In this document: piece by piece, positions 29,362-38,290 of the stretch
Numbering within the stretch: the stretch's first letter is position 1
Layout of the letters: the number at the start of each line of letters is the position of its first letter
Source of the DNA: an uncultured Chloroflexia bacterium
Lineage (GTDB): Bacteria; Chloroflexota; Chloroflexia; QHBQ01; JADMIH01
Reading direction: 5' to 3'
DNA: 64,000 bases
Assembly (NCBI GenBank): GCA_963797095.1
Contig: CAWCNY010000004.1
Span: 128,001 to 192,000 of the forward strand
Notes under the pieces: model-generated
Databases searched by the model: none
Seen by the model: only the letters and a program-made list of their open reading frames with translations
What the model was told of the DNA's origin: nothing
Program-made: the position numbers and the translations under genes

Positions 29362-30078
29362 ATGGACCAAAAGTCGAACGCCGCCAAACGCGAACAGAAC
29401 TCGTTCGCACTCTTACGCCGCTTTGTGCGCCCTCGCGTTTCGGCTGAGCGATGCGACTTCTGTGGCCTTGAGTTGCCTGCCGAACACCAACACCTGCTCG
29501 ATCCGGCCGGCAGGCAAATACTCTGCACTTGCCATGAATGTTTGGTCAGCGTCGGCTACCAGGAAGGGAAAGCATATAAGCGCGTGCCGAGTCAGGTGAA
29601 GGCTTTGCCTGGCTTTGAGATGAACGATTCCACGTGGGACGACCTGATGATCCCCGTTGGGATGGCCTTCTTCTTCTACAGCAGCACCGAACAGAAGATG
29701 ATGGCCTACTACCCAAGCCCAGCCGGGGCCACCGAGTCGCTTCTGAGTTTGGACGCGTGGGAGGAGGTGGCGCGGGACAACAAGGCGCTGCAAGAAATGG
29801 AACCTGACGTTGAGGCGTTGCTGGTCAATAGAGTGAAGGGCGCCCGGGAATACTTTCTTGCGCCAATTGACCGGTGCTACGAGTTAGTTGGCTTGATCAA
29901 GATCAACTGGCGCGGGCTATCAGGCGGCTCGGAAGTATGGGAAGAGATAAGAAGGTTCTACTCCAGGATGAAGGAGCTATCCGAGGCCAACACACCGTCC
30001 ATGGCAGACACCGCTTCGACATCAGCCGACGCAGCGGGGCCGGATGCCCGATCTCAGCTTCGGGGTGGAGGGCGTTGA
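29362..30078 (+). CDS. hhaA: Hydrogenase-associated conserved protein (DUF5947-like)
   Basis: ERCDFC..H.HL..C.C..C, IPVG.AFF, YPSPAGATES, PID.CYELVG..W.G..GG. Confidence 0.8.
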   Translation: MDQKSNAAKREQNSFALLRRFVRPRVSAERCDFCGLELPAEHQHLLDPAGRQILCTCHECLVSVGYQEGKAYKRVPSQVKALPGFEMNDSTWDDLMIPVGMAFFFYSSTEQKMMAYYPSPAGATESLLSLDAWEEVARDNKALQEMEPDVEALLVNRVKGAREYFLAPIDRCYELVGLIKINWRGLSGGSEVWEEIRRFYSRMKELSEANTPSMADTASTSADAAGPDARSQLRGGGR

Positions 30079-30727
30079 GGTGGTGCCCTACGCTGCCTCA
30101 CCCATGCTAGCCTTCAAACTGGTTGTGACTAACGCCGACCCGGACGAGAATATTCAGTCAGTGGCCCTCACCTGCCAGATCAGGCTGGATGTAACCCGAC
30201 GGCGTTATTCAGCCCAGGAACGTGAGCACTTACTGGACCTTTTCGGCGAGCCCGACCGCTGGAGCCAAACGCTACGAAATATGCTCTGGACATTCGCGCG
30301 TGTAGGGGTGCCGCCTTTTACAGGCAGTACGGTGGTTGACCTCACAGTCCCTTGTACGTTTGATTTCAACATTGCCGCTACTAAGTACTTCTACGGCCTG
30401 GAAGAAGGAGAGATACCTCTCACTATGCTGTTTAGCGGTACGGTCTTTTATGAGAATGCGAACGACAAAGAATCAGAAGACGATGGATGGGGCGAGGGCC
30501 TGCGGGTTGCCCAGATTTCCTGGGAGAAGGAAGCAACCTACCGGATGCCGGTCGAGGTCTGGAAGGAGATGATGAACACCTACTATCCAAACAGCGTCTG
30601 GCTTCGCATACGGCAGAACACTTTCGATAAGCTTTACCTTTACAAGATGCGACGCGGAATGCCGACCTGGGAGCAGGCCATTGAAAGCCTTCTCCCCAAG
30701 GACTCTGAAGAAACAGACAAAGCATGA
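30044..30727 (+). CDS. hhaB: Hydrogenase-associated conserved protein (DUF6084-like)
   Basis: L.DLFGEP.RW..TL, PCTFDF..A..KYF.GL, LFSGTVFY, YYPNS.W. Confidence 0.8.
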   Translation: MPDLSFGVEGVEVVPYAASPMLAFKLVVTNADPDENIQSVALTCQIRLDVTRRRYSAQEREHLLDLFGEPDRWSQTLRNMLWTFARVGVPPFTGSTVVDLTVPCTFDFNIAATKYFYGLEEGEIPLTMLFSGTVFYENANDKESEDDGWGEGLRVAQISWEKEATYRMPVEVWKEMMNTYYPNSVWLRIRQNTFDKLYLYKMRRGMPTWEQAIESLLPKDSEETDKA

Positions 30728-31851
30728 ACCTCGAACTGGTAGAGAAGATTGCCAACGCCGTTCTATATGAAGGCTATATACTGTATCCCTACAGGCCATC
30801 GTCCACCAAGAACAGGCAGCGTTGGACGTTTGGCGGGCTGTATCCACGGCCATACGTCGACGCGCAGAAAAGCGCTGCCGGCACTACGGACCTCTGGAGG
30901 ATGCAGGCTGAGTGCCCGGTGGTGGGCAGCCTCAGCACAACGGTGGACATAAAGTTACGCTTCTTGCAGCTGACCGAGCGGCAGATACGAGAGGTGCTTG
31001 AGCCGGGGGCCGATCTACCCGCTGAGATGGACGAAGCGACTCGGCCCGCACATTCTCTTCAGGTGGATGACAGGCTCTTCCAATCGTGGCAGGAAGCGGT
31101 CGAGAGAGCAGTCACATGTACTGAACTCAGGCTGGCCGATCTTCTCGAAACACCATACCAGCTTGATTTCAGTTTTGAGGGAAGCCGCTCGGTGCAGACT
31201 TTGCACAACTCCGGCGGGCAACTGGTCGGTGTGATTGATAGAACGCAACGTCCTGTTGAAGGATCGATTGGTGTACAAGCAAAGCCGGTTCGAGATGGTC
31301 TGTACAAGCTCACTATACAGATTACCAACGGCTCGCCCTGGGAAGGGGTGGACCGCGAAGAGGCATTGTTGCGCTCCCTGGTGTCAACGCACGCGATACT
31401 CGCCGTCCGGGAAGGGGAGTTTGTGTCCCCGCTTGACACCGCAGAGGAATACAAGGAAATCATCGCTGATTGCAGCAATCTTGGGGTGTGGCCTGTGCTG
31501 GTGGGTGAAGAGGGGGAATGTGACACGATTCTGGCATCACCCATAATCCTCTATGACTATCCTCAAATCGCGCCCGAAAGCCCAGGCGACCTGTTCGACG
31601 GCACTGAGATTGACGAGATACTGATCCTTCGAATAATGACCATGACTGAGGAAGAAAAGCGCGAGATGAGATCGGTGGATGATTATGCTCGCGCCCTACT
31701 TGCCCGCACCGAAGCCTTGAGTAGCGAACAGATGATAGCCCTTCATGGTACAGTGCGTTCTATGAGGGTATTGCCTCAAGATAGCCTTAGCGTGGATAAT
31801 AGAGTAGAGAGCATAAACGAGCGCATGGGGGATGATGACAGCAATGGATAG
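30724..31851 (+). CDS. hhaC: Hydrogenase-associated conserved protein
   Basis: AVLYEGYILYPYRPSS.KN.QRW.FG, SPIILYDYPQIAPESPGDLFDGTEIDEIL. Confidence 0.8.
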   Translation: MNLELVEKIANAVLYEGYILYPYRPSSTKNRQRWTFGGLYPRPYVDAQKSAAGTTDLWRMQAECPVVGSLSTTVDIKLRFLQLTERQIREVLEPGADLPAEMDEATRPAHSLQVDDRLFQSWQEAVERAVTCTELRLADLLETPYQLDFSFEGSRSVQTLHNSGGQLVGVIDRTQRPVEGSIGVQAKPVRDGLYKLTIQITNGSPWEGVDREEALLRSLVSTHAILAVREGEFVSPLDTAEEYKEIIADCSNLGVWPVLVGEEGECDTILASPIILYDYPQIAPESPGDLFDGTEIDEILILRIMTMTEEEKREMRSVDDYARALLARTEALSSEQMIALHGTVRSMRVLPQDSLSVDNRVESINERMGDDDSNG

Positions 31852-32164
31852 CTGGGAATTGTTGGACAGCAAGCCAATGCTTACCCACATCAAGATCGCC
31901 GGGGTTGCGTTGAAGCCAGGTGACCGAGTGCGTTTGCGTCCCTTAGAGGGCGGCGATGTCTTCGACATAGTGCTTGCGGGTAAGACGGCTACCATCGAGT
32001 TGATCATGCAGGACTATGAAGACAGGGTTTATGTCGTGGTTACAGTGGACGACGATCCCGGAAAGGAGTTTGGCGAGATGCTCAAGCCCGCTCATCGCTT
32101 CTTCTTCTCGCCTTTCGAGGTCGAGCCTCTGGGTCAAGTGGGACGGGAGGGGGAACGCTCATGA
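31832..32164 (+). CDS. Small hydrogenase-associated hypothetical protein
   Basis: GDRVRLRP..D..D..L.G, DDDPG, HRFFF..EVEPL; translationally coupled on both sides. Confidence 0.75.
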   Translation: MMTAMDSWELLDSKPMLTHIKIAGVALKPGDRVRLRPLEGGDVFDIVLAGKTATIELIMQDYEDRVYVVVTVDDDPGKEFGEMLKPAHRFFFSPFEVEPLGQVGREGERS

Positions 32165-32679
32165 CGTGCGAACAGCCGCCCCGCATCCTCGTCGCCTGCA
32201 TTGGCAATATCTTCCTGGGAGACGATGCTTTCGGGGTCGAGGTGGCGCGTGCGCTGGCAGCACGCACATTACCGGACAATGTGAAGTTGACCGACTTTGG
32301 GATACGTGGGTTCGACCTCGCATATGCCCTCATGGACGGCTACGACGCATGCATTATGGTTGATGCTGTGCCTCGCGGTGAAGCGCCGGGTACTCTCTTC
32401 CTGATTGAACCTGATATGAGCAAGCTGGGACCACCCGGAGAGGCTGCGATTGATACTCATGCCATGCACCCGCTCAAGGTGCTGAACATGGTTAAGAACC
32501 TGGGAGGAAATCCTGGGCACATACTTTTGGTAGGGTGCGAGCCTACGCCTCTCGATCAGGAAGACGAAGAGATGGGCGTGATGGGCCTGAGCGCACCGGT
32601 ACAAATGGCGGTTGGAAACGCTATTGAAATGATAGAGTCCCTAATTGAGAAGCTTTCGCACCAAGAGGCGATAATCTGA
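32161..32679 (+). CDS. hupD: Hydrogenase maturation protease
   Basis: IGNIFLGDDAFG, DFGIRG, VDA, H.M.P, VGCEP. Confidence 0.9.
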   Translation: MTCEQPPRILVACIGNIFLGDDAFGVEVARALAARTLPDNVKLTDFGIRGFDLAYALMDGYDACIMVDAVPRGEAPGTLFLIEPDMSKLGPPGEAAIDTHAMHPLKVLNMVKNLGGNPGHILLVGCEPTPLDQEDEEMGVMGLSAPVQMAVGNAIEMIESLIEKLSHQEAII

Positions 32680-32701
32680 AGCCGGCAAAGGAGATTGAAA
32701 G

Positions 32702-32812
32702 ATGGAATGGGTTCTCTACATAATTCTTGCGGTCGTTCTGATTGCCATCATCGCAGCGCTCGTGCTGGGACTCCCAGATTTGATGCGCTACTTACGGATG
32801 CGTAAGATGTGA
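32702..32812 (+). CDS. 36-aa single-TM microprotein (LPD..RY.RM..M type)
   Basis: AAGGAG SD; MEWVLYIILAVVLIAIIAALVLGLPDLMRYLRMRKM; fills the hupD-hypA gap; below the ORF-track cutoff. Confidence 0.8.
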   Translation: MEWVLYIILAVVLIAIIAALVLGLPDLMRYLRMRKM

Positions 32813-32821
32813 TGAACTGTC

Positions 32822-33163
32822 ATGCATGAGCTGTCCATTATGACTTATCTGCTGGATGCCGTGGAACGCGAAGCACAGCAGCTAGGTGCCAAGCGCGTGA
32901 GAGCGATCAACCTCGCGGTTGGAGAGCGCGCAGGGGTGGATGATTCACTCCTCTTTTATTTCGACATGCTGACGCCGGAAACGGTTGTCGAGGGGGCTAC
33001 ACTCAACATACGTCGAACACCTATGAGCTTTCATTGCGACAACTGTGGAGAGAACTACGCCCCAAAAGGTGGCGATTTTGACTGCCCACATTGCGGTACG
33101 GTGGGCCGCCTGGAGGACGATGGGAGCCAATTGCTGATCGAAAGCATAGAGATCGAAACATGA
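32822..33163 (+). CDS. hypA: Hydrogenase nickel metallochaperone HypA
   Basis: MHELSI, two CxxC motifs. Confidence 0.95.
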   Translation: MHELSIMTYLLDAVEREAQQLGAKRVRAINLAVGERAGVDDSLLFYFDMLTPETVVEGATLNIRRTPMSFHCDNCGENYAPKGGDFDCPHCGTVGRLEDDGSQLLIESIEIET

Positions 33164-33843
33164 GCGTACAAACTATCAAGATTATTAAGAACGTGCTTGC
33201 GAGCAACGATGAAGTAGCTGCTCGTAACGCCGCGCGCTTGGAAGAAGCTGAAGTACTGGCAATAAATGTGATAGCCTCCCCTGGCGCAGGCAAAACCAGT
33301 CTTATTACGCGCACTCTCCGGGCATTGCAGGGGCGAGCGTCCATTGGCGTGATAGAAGGCGACATCGCGGGGAGCATCGATGCAGAGAGAGTGATAGAGG
33401 CGGGCGCGACCGAAGCCGTTCAGATAAACACGGGTGGCAATTGTCACCTTGAGGCTCATATGGTAGAGCAGGCACTGGACCGCCTGGATCTGAGTTTGTT
33501 CGACATACTGTTTATTGAGAATGTAGGCAATCTGATCTGCCCAACCAATTGGGCATTAGGCGAGCGGCACAAATTATGCTTATTGAGTACCGCAGAGGGG
33601 CACGACAAGCCGATCAAGTACCCGGAGATATTCATAGCCAGCGATGTAATCGTCCTCAACAAGATTGACTTGATCGAGTATGTGGATTTCGATAGGGACT
33701 CGTTCTATCGGTCGGTGCGTGCGCTCAACACTAGTGCGCCCATTTTCGAGGTTTCTTGCCGTACAAGCGAGGGACTGAATGAATGGGCAGATTGGCTATA
33801 TGACCAGCGAGTGCGAACAGCGAAAGCGAGGAAACTACGATGA
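33160..33843 (+). CDS. hypB: Hydrogenase nickel incorporation GTPase HypB
   Basis: SPGAGKT, IEGD, TGGNCHL, ENVGNLICP, KYP, NKID. Confidence 0.95.
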   Translation: MSVQTIKIIKNVLASNDEVAARNAARLEEAEVLAINVIASPGAGKTSLITRTLRALQGRASIGVIEGDIAGSIDAERVIEAGATEAVQINTGGNCHLEAHMVEQALDRLDLSLFDILFIENVGNLICPTNWALGERHKLCLLSTAEGHDKPIKYPEIFIASDVIVLNKIDLIEYVDFDRDSFYRSVRALNTSAPIFEVSCRTSEGLNEWADWLYDQRVRTAKARKLR

Positions 33844-33950
33844 AAATCTTCTTCAGTGTATTCGGTGTATTGGTGGTGGTGGCGGCAACATCTGTACTGG
33901 TCGCCAGTCTACCAGACATGATTCGCTACGTGCGTATGAAAACGATGTAA
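33840..33950 (+). CDS. 36-aa single-TM microprotein, paralog of 32702-32812
   Basis: ATGA overlap with hypB stop; MKIFFSVFGVLVVVAATSVLVASLPDMIRYVRMKTM. Confidence 0.8.
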   Translation: MKIFFSVFGVLVVVAATSVLVASLPDMIRYVRMKTM

Positions 33951-33973
33951 CAGGCCGCAGGATATAGTCAGGA

Positions 33974-36352
33974 TTGTCTAGTATGGTTGGATTGAGACCC
34001 GCGTTCTCAAATTCCAATATCGCTACTTTCGAACGATGGCGCATAACCGTGCGAGGCGTCGTGCAAGGCGTTGGCTTTCGGCCTTTTGTCTACGGCCAAG
34101 CCTTGCGCTTGGGCCTCGCCGGTTATGTGCTAAACGACAGTGGCGGTGTGACTATAGAATTAGAGGGCGGTCCTGACGCGTTGAATGCCTTCCATCAAAG
34201 TCTTACCGAAGGTGCTCCACCGCTGGCGCGTATTGCCAGCATCGAGGTTGAACAGATCGTACCTCGCGGGGATACCGCTTTCGTGATTGCGCATAGCCAG
34301 GCGGGGGACGAGCGCAATACTCTCATCTCACCTGATACAGCCATCTGTGACGACTGCTTGCGAGAGCTTTTCGATCCCAACGACAGGCGCTACCTCTATC
34401 CGTTTATCAACTGCACCAACTGTGGCCCCCGCTTTACGATTGTGCAAGACGTTCCGTACGACCGGGCCAACACGACCATGCAGGATTTCAAGATGTGCCC
34501 GGCCTGTAAAGCGGAATATGATGACCCGCTTGACAGGCGCTTCCACGCTCAACCCAACGCATGCCCGGTGTGCGGCCCCCAGGTCAAGTGGAGAGTACAG
34601 AGTGCGGATCATGGCCTCGATTGCGAGGAAACATTCTCATCCCGCACAACACAATCAGGTTTGGAGTTGGCGGCGGAACGACTAGGGGGAGGTGCAGTTC
34701 TGGCGATAAAGGGGCTGGGGGGTTATCACCTGGCGTGCGATGCGCTGAATCCACAAGCCGTGGACCTGTTGAGGCGACGTAAACATCGCGAGGCCAAGCC
34801 TTTCGCCCTTATGGTCCCCGATCTGGCAACAGCGCGTCTCTTGTGCGAGGTGAGCGAAGCCGAAGCAGCCTTGCTTCAATCGCACAGACGACCAATCGTG
34901 CTCTTGAAGCAACGTGCCGACAATGAGATAGCGCCTGGAGTCGCCCCAGGATATGATACCCTGGGAATTATGTTCCCATACACGCCTCTGCATCACGTTC
35001 TTATGAGGTTCTTCGAGGCGGATGGGTCGCGACGTCCTGCGGCTTTGGTGATGACCAGCGGAAATTTGTCCGAGGAGCCGATTGCGTACAAGGACGACGA
35101 GGCGCGCGAACGCCTCTCTTCCATAGCTGAGGGACTTGTATCGCACAATAGGAATATCCAGGTGCGGTGCGATGATTCCGTGGTGCGAGTTGCGGCAGGG
35201 AGCGAACAGCTATTCCGACGCTCTCGCGGCTACGCGCCTGAGCCGGTGATGTTGCCTTTCGAGAGTCCGGTGCCGTTGCTAGCTGCCGGGGGCCATCTGA
35301 AGAACACCTTCTGCCTGGTGAAAGGGCGGCAGGCTTTCATAAGCCATCACATCGGCGACGTGCAAAATCTTGAAACGCTCAAGTCCTATTTGGAAGGGAT
35401 CGATCATTTCAAGCAGATCTTCGATGTTTACCCAGAGGCGGTTGCGTATGATTTGCACCCTGAATACCTCGCGACCAAGTATGCGCTCGATCGAGAAATA
35501 CCTCTCAAAATTGGTGTGCAGCACCATCACGCCCACATTGCAAGCGTGCTGGCCGAGCATGGTCTTGAGGGGCAAGTCATAGGGATCGCAGCCGACGGAA
35601 CTGGCTATGGCACCGACGGAGCGGTGTGGGGATGCGAAGTCATGGTCGCGGGTCTCACTGAGTTCGAGCGAGTAGCCCACTTGAATTATGTACCGCTACC
35701 GGGAGGCGAGCAAGCGGTGCGCCAACCGTGGCGTATGGCGGCCACATACCTGGCTAAAGCTTACGGGGATAACTTCGCAGGGTTGGAACTGCCATTCACG
35801 AAAACCTTCGACCGAACACGCTGGCATACTTTAGGTCAGATGATCGACCGAGGGCTGAACTGTCCACCCACGTCCAGCCTGGGGCGCTTGTTTGATGCGG
35901 TAGCGGCTCTGCTGGGCGTGGGTGGCGAGGTGATTTACGAAGGTCAGGCCGCAATCGAGCTTGAGATGCTGGCCCAGCCCGATCACCAGAGTTATCCGGT
36001 TGAGCTAGCTGATGGAACGCCAATCAGGCTTGATGTATCTCCCATGATCAGGGCCATTGTTGAAGATATTCAAAAGGGGATACCCGTTTCCCAAATAGCA
36101 GGCCGATTCCATTTTACGATTGCCGAAATGTTGGCTACCGTCTGCTTGAGAGTGCGAGAGGACAGGGGCCTTGCTAAAGTTGCGGTCAGTGGTGGGGTGT
36201 TCCAGAATCGTCTCCTGCTGGAACAGCTCACCGCTTGTCTGACAGAAATTGGATTTCAGGTATATACGAATCGACAGGTGCCGACCAACGATGGCGGATT
36301 GAGCTATGGACAGGCGGCAGTGGCCGCGGCCCAGCTGACAACACTGCATTAA
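33974..36352 (+). CDS. hypF: Carbamoyltransferase HypF
   Basis: Acylphosphatase domain GVVQGVGFRPFVY, two zinc fingers, KGLGGYHL, QHHHAH, SGGVFQN, NDGG. Confidence 0.96.
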   Translation: MSSMVGLRPAFSNSNIATFERWRITVRGVVQGVGFRPFVYGQALRLGLAGYVLNDSGGVTIELEGGPDALNAFHQSLTEGAPPLARIASIEVEQIVPRGDTAFVIAHSQAGDERNTLISPDTAICDDCLRELFDPNDRRYLYPFINCTNCGPRFTIVQDVPYDRANTTMQDFKMCPACKAEYDDPLDRRFHAQPNACPVCGPQVKWRVQSADHGLDCEETFSSRTTQSGLELAAERLGGGAVLAIKGLGGYHLACDALNPQAVDLLRRRKHREAKPFALMVPDLATARLLCEVSEAEAALLQSHRRPIVLLKQRADNEIAPGVAPGYDTLGIMFPYTPLHHVLMRFFEADGSRRPAALVMTSGNLSEEPIAYKDDEARERLSSIAEGLVSHNRNIQVRCDDSVVRVAAGSEQLFRRSRGYAPEPVMLPFESPVPLLAAGGHLKNTFCLVKGRQAFISHHIGDVQNLETLKSYLEGIDHFKQIFDVYPEAVAYDLHPEYLATKYALDREIPLKIGVQHHHAHIASVLAEHGLEGQVIGIAADGTGYGTDGAVWGCEVMVAGLTEFERVAHLNYVPLPGGEQAVRQPWRMAATYLAKAYGDNFAGLELPFTKTFDRTRWHTLGQMIDRGLNCPPTSSLGRLFDAVAALLGVGGEVIYEGQAAIELEMLAQPDHQSYPVELADGTPIRLDVSPMIRAIVEDIQKGIPVSQIAGRFHFTIAEMLATVCLRVREDRGLAKVAVSGGVFQNRLLLEQLTACLTEIGFQVYTNRQVPTNDGGLSYGQAAVAAAQLTTLH

Positions 36353-36384
36353 TGGCATCGTAACCAACTTCAGGAGGTAAGTAA

Positions 36385-36657
36385 ATGTGTTTAGGTATTC
36401 CAGGCCAGATACTAGAGATGGTAGACGATGCCAATAGCATCGCCAAAGTCGAAGTTTCCGGCGTCAAACGCAACGTAAGCGTTGCTCTGGTGCGCCCTGA
36501 AGGAATAGCTCCCGGCGACTGGGTGCTAATCCATGTCGGCTTTGCCATGAGCAAGATCGATGAAATCGAAGCCCAGGAGACTCTCGATATCCTCCGCCAA
36601 ATGGGAGAAATCTACACGGATGAATTAAGGATGTTACATGAGAGTGAGATAAATTGA
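36385..36657 (+). CDS. hypC: HypC chaperone
   Basis: MCLGIPG, GDWVLIHVGFA; AGGAGG SD. Confidence 0.95.
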   Translation: MCLGIPGQILEMVDDANSIAKVEVSGVKRNVSVALVRPEGIAPGDWVLIHVGFAMSKIDEIEAQETLDILRQMGEIYTDELRMLHESEIN

Positions 36658-36663
36658 GCGCCA

Positions 36664-37329
36664 ATGGACGATAATCGGGCACAGGCTATGAGACAGAACC
36701 TGGGACCGCGTACTCGACAGAGCGACCTTGAACAGGCAAGGCTACTCTCACTGGTGGACGCGCGGTTTGAGCAGAGCATTGCTGTGCCTGAGGCGTTCTT
36801 CACGGAACAAGCGGGGCACATCGCAGAGGCTTGCTGGGCGATGGCGCGCCGCTTCCATTCGGGAGGGCGGCTGCTTGCGTTCGGCAACGGGGCGTGGGCG
36901 ACCGATGCGCAGCATGTCTCCGTGGAGTTCGTACATCCCGTAATAGTCGGCAAGCGCGCGCTGCCCGCCCTGGCCCTTACCAACGATAGCGCATTCCTGA
37001 GCGGCCTGAAAGATAGCCTGGGTATGGGAAGTTCATTTGCTCGGCAGATTGCCCTTATCTCCAGGCCACAGGACGTTGCCTTAGGTTTTTCGTCGGACGG
37101 AAACACCGTGAATATTCTGGATGGGTTGTTAGAAGGCAAGCACAGGGGCCTCCTCACGCTTGGGCTAACCGGCGAGGATGGCGGGGAGATGCAGGGGGCC
37201 GGACTAGATTTCTGTTTCGTCGTCCCGTCCAGCGACCCGATGGTAGTGCAAGAGACCCATGAAACGCTCTACCACGTCCTGTGGGAGCTTGTGCACATCT
37301 TTTTCGAGCATGAAGGATTATTATCATGA
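36664..37329 (+). CDS. SIS-domain (GmhA-like) protein 1
   Basis: FGNG..ATDAQH..VEF.HP, ALTND, QETH. Confidence 0.85.
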   Translation: MDDNRAQAMRQNLGPRTRQSDLEQARLLSLVDARFEQSIAVPEAFFTEQAGHIAEACWAMARRFHSGGRLLAFGNGAWATDAQHVSVEFVHPVIVGKRALPALALTNDSAFLSGLKDSLGMGSSFARQIALISRPQDVALGFSSDGNTVNILDGLLEGKHRGLLTLGLTGEDGGEMQGAGLDFCFVVPSSDPMVVQETHETLYHVLWELVHIFFEHEGLLS

Positions 37330-37580
37330 ACAATCAATTGCTGGGTTTCGCTTCTAATGCAAATGAGGCTCTTGAGTACGAGTTTCACTGTATTACGTGT
37401 TCCGACCAGGCCATCCCTGCGAAGGTAATGCAGATCCACGAGGAACTGGGCTTGGCGCTCGTGGAATTGCAGGGCGACACGGCGGAGGTAGATATTAGCC
37501 TTGTTGATGAGGTGAAGCTTGGAGATACGATCCTGGTGCATGGTGGGGTAGCATTGAGCAATCTAAGAACGCAACCGTAA
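37326..37580 (+). CDS. Atypical HypC-like protein
   Basis: C-terminal GDTILVHGGVAL like HypC, but no N-terminal Met-Cys; internal HCITCSD. Confidence 0.75.
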   Translation: MNNQLLGFASNANEALEYEFHCITCSDQAIPAKVMQIHEELGLALVELQGDTAEVDISLVDEVKLGDTILVHGGVALSNLRTQP

Positions 37581-38290
37581 TGGCACACAATAACAACAAT
37601 AATAGCAATTCGGAAGGCTCGGAATACGACCGGCTATTCTACCCATACTTGTTCGAGGGTGGCAAAGCCAGCCTGGACGATGTGCTGGCGCAGGTGCGCC
37701 ATTCGACGATCGAGAAGTGCCGTGAGGTAATCACCCTTCGACGCGCCACTCTTGAAAGCTATAGGGAGCAGATAGTAAGCGCGGCCAGAGCCATGGCAAG
37801 AGCTTTCGCGGGCGGCGCTACACTGTTCGCGTTTGGAAATGGCGGCAGCGCAACAGATGCCCAGGACCTGGTGGCCGATTTGAACGATCCCCCCTTCGGG
37901 CATAGACCTTTACCCGCTATCGCGCTGACCAACGACATTGCGGTAGTGACAGCCGTAGCAAACGATGTGGGCTTCAACAACGTGTACGCACGGCAAGTGA
38001 TCGCCTTCGGCAAGCCTGGCGACATAGCGTTTGGTATCTCTACAAGCGGCAATTCGCTGAACGTGTTGTCAGCTTTCGAGCAAGCCCGGAAGCAAAGACT
38101 GTTGACCATAGGGCTAGCAGGCTATGATGGCGGCAAAACTGCGCGCACGTCGGCCGTGGACTTTTGCATTGTCGCCCAAAGCGACCATATTCCGCGTATT
38201 CAAGAGGCACATGCCACGATCTACCACGCCCTACTTGAAGTAGTGTGGGAGACGATGGCCTTGCAGAATGAACAAGGAGCAGCAACATGA
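37580..38290 (+). CDS. SIS-domain (GmhA-like) protein 2
   Basis: FGNGGSATDAQ, NDVGF, STSGNS, RIQEAH. Confidence 0.88.
   Translation: MAHNNNNNSNSEGSEYDRLFYPYLFEGGKASLDDVLAQVRHSTIEKCREVITLRRATLESYREQIVSAARAMARAFAGGATLFAFGNGGSATDAQDLVADLNDPPFGHRPLPAIALTNDIAVVTAVANDVGFNNVYARQVIAFGKPGDIAFGISTSGNSLNVLSAFEQARKQRLLTIGLAGYDGGKTARTSAVDFCIVAQSDHIPRIQEAHATIYHALLEVVWETMALQNEQGAAT

Noticed and set aside
31820-31860. Programmed frameshift or sequencing error fusing hhaC and the next ORF
   Set aside because: The downstream ORF has its own in-frame ATGs after a G-rich SD-like stretch, so two coupled genes is the simpler reading
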